Assembly: GCA_964016885.1 (NCBI GenBank)
Contig: OZ024747.1
Span: 5,580,001 to 5,644,000, forward strand
Direction: 5' to 3'
Length of the DNA: 64,000 bases
DNA from: Eledone cirrhosa
Lineage: Eukaryota
Shown: in pieces, positions 62,495 to 64,000 of the stretch
Layout of the letters: every line of letters starts with the position of its first letter
Position numbering within the stretch: position 1 is the first letter of the stretch
Program-made: the position numbers and the translations under genes
Notes under the pieces: model-generated
Database searches by the model: none
Told to the model about the DNA's origin: nothing
Seen by the model: the letters and a program-made list of their open reading frames with translations, nothing else

Positions 62495-62680
62495 TGTTTC
62501 TACTTTTGGCACAAGGCCAGCAATTACCCAGTACATTACTGGTACTTTATTTTATCGACCCCGTAAGGATGAAAGACAAAGTTAACCTCGGCGGGATTTG
62601 AACTCAGAATGGAAAGGGCCGTAACTCTATGCGTCAAAAAATGACGTCCGATCCTCTACCGATACTGACAATCCACCGCC
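62495..62680 (-). mobile_element. SINE family A, full length, short-tail variant, ~19-bp TSD
   Basis: TSD tatata(t/a)agtaataataat at 62476-62494 and 62681-62699. Confidence 0.9.
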
Positions 62681-62723
62681 TATATAAAGTAATAATAATA
62701 AATGCGAAGACTAAAATCCAGAG

Positions 62724-62790
62724 TTTCAGAAGATCCCGTTAAGGGTGAAAGCTGAAAGATCTTTGCTTAAACTTTAAGCTGTTATTTTAA
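62724..62790 (+). mobile_element. Family F4 Penelope-like tail fragment with hammerhead-like core
   Basis: cagaaga-tccc-gttaa-gggt-gaaagc; homologous to 40855-40920 on the minus strand; followed by (TA)n. Confidence 0.5.
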
Positions 62791-62799
62791 TATATATAC

Positions 62800-62872
<73 letters not shown>

Positions 62873-62929
62873 GATTATACATTAGTATAAAGTATCCAGA
62901 TATTTTAAGGCTCTGATGCAATTTTTTCA

Positions 62930-63030
62930 ATAGCATAATGTCGTGGGTTCGATTCCTGGGCTTGGTTGTGTCTTGTGTTCTTGAGCAAAACTCTTCATTT
63001 CACGTTGCTCCAGTATACTCATCTATGTCT
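62930..63030 (+). mobile_element. SINE family C fragment
   Basis: gggttcgattcc...ttgtgttcttgagcaaaactcttcatttcacgttgctccag. Confidence 0.75.
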
Positions 63031-63034
63031 GCTC

Positions 63035-63315
63035 TCTGAGTTCAAATCCTGTCCAGTTCAACTTTTTCTTTCATCTTTTCGAGGTCTCTAAACACAAGTA
63101 CCAGTCTAATACTGGGGCCGATTCTTCCTCTATATCTCTTTCTCATTTAATTCTCTCACTCTCTATCCTTCTCTGGAAGAAGTCTACTGTATTCAGACCT
63201 GGGGAGGAGATGGGCTCCGTCAGATGTTAGAATGCTCTAGAAACGCCGTATGTCTATACAGCACCACTACGACTCCCTCCAGAATTACGGGATTAAAGGC
63301 GAACCAGAAATATAG
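63035..63315 (+). mobile_element. SINE with family A-like B-box and core but an alternative tail (homologous to 41520-41765)
   Basis: ctgagttcaaatcc...ctttcatcttttcgaggtc...aagtaccag, then the gaggagatgggctcc tail. Confidence 0.7.
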
Positions 63316-63589
63316 AGGTGGCTAACCTATATTTGAAATTAATTAAAATTAATTACATATAGAATGAACGGGGGTGGTGTGAATCTGGTCTTCAGCAGTA
63401 CGGTGAGAAGTCCGAACATATTTGGGTCTTATTAGAACTCATCAGCGAAGTATAGACTAACCATTGCTGTAAAGTTTAGAATATAGGTAAGTGGCAGGAA
63501 TGGAATACGCAGGGACGCCAGCTGAAATGAAAAGGTAATAGTAAAGTGTCATATACATATATTGGTATATATAAATCATGTACGTAGAC

Positions 63590-63655
63590 ATACAAGGGCG
63601 GTGCCCCAGCATGGCCTCAGCCGATGGCTGGGACAGGTAAAAGAGTAAAAGTGTA
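63590..63655 (+). mobile_element. SINE family D, 3' tail fragment
   Basis: agggcggtgccccagcatggcctcagccgatggctgggacaggtaaaagagtaaaag. Confidence 0.55.
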
Positions 63656-64000
63656 TACACCTTAGAGCCAGAGTATTTACAAATTACTTTCGTCTGTCTC
63701 TTACTATCACTAACACAACTACAGTAACTACAACAGCAGTCATTTTAAATGCTAAGATCATAGCAACAATATCACCATCTACAACAACAACATGTTGACC
63801 TAGAGGTTATCAGAATAAGTGGTGTAGCATTCCAGCCAGCTGAGAATGCAAGTCTGCACGCGCGCAGTCACACGAACGCATAGAAAAAGATGTGCGCGCG
63901 TATAGTCACAAACACACACGCTCATGTGTATATATATATATATATATGTAGAGTGCTTCTAATCTATTGTAAAACTTTATTCATTGATTAATTCATTGAA

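Noticed and set aside
63408-63452. Minus-strand hammerhead-like ctgatgagttctaataagacccaaatatgttcgg
   Set aside because: The essential GAAA reads CAAA and stem III does not form. At best a dead PLE remnant, so it is not listed as a feature.

Overview
This is eukaryotic, AT-rich, repeat-saturated non-coding DNA, and I recognise no host protein-coding gene in it. The SINE and RTE repertoire and the microsatellite density suggest a coleoid cephalopod, probably Octopus (inference). About 45% of the window (~11870-40725) is one satellite array of 41/43/45-bp monomers with kilobase-scale higher-order repeats (periods of 3749, ~1201 and 2192 bp). The flanks hold decayed RTE-clade LINE pieces (one with an embedded PHD-type zinc finger), several SINE families (some with intact TSDs), a piggyBac-type MITE, a 28S rRNA fragment, minisatellites, many microsatellites and a 200-N gap. 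The most notable signal is a set of short, ORF-less, fold-back elements sitting in (TA)n tracts. Several carry minimal type I hammerhead-ribozyme folds (664-729 and its mirror at 441-506, 7255-7345, 44433-44497), as expected for Penelope-like pLTR or retrozyme-type non-autonomous retroelements. Nearly all ORFs in the supplied track are artefacts of translating simple repeats. Coordinates were read by eye and repeat edges are approximate.
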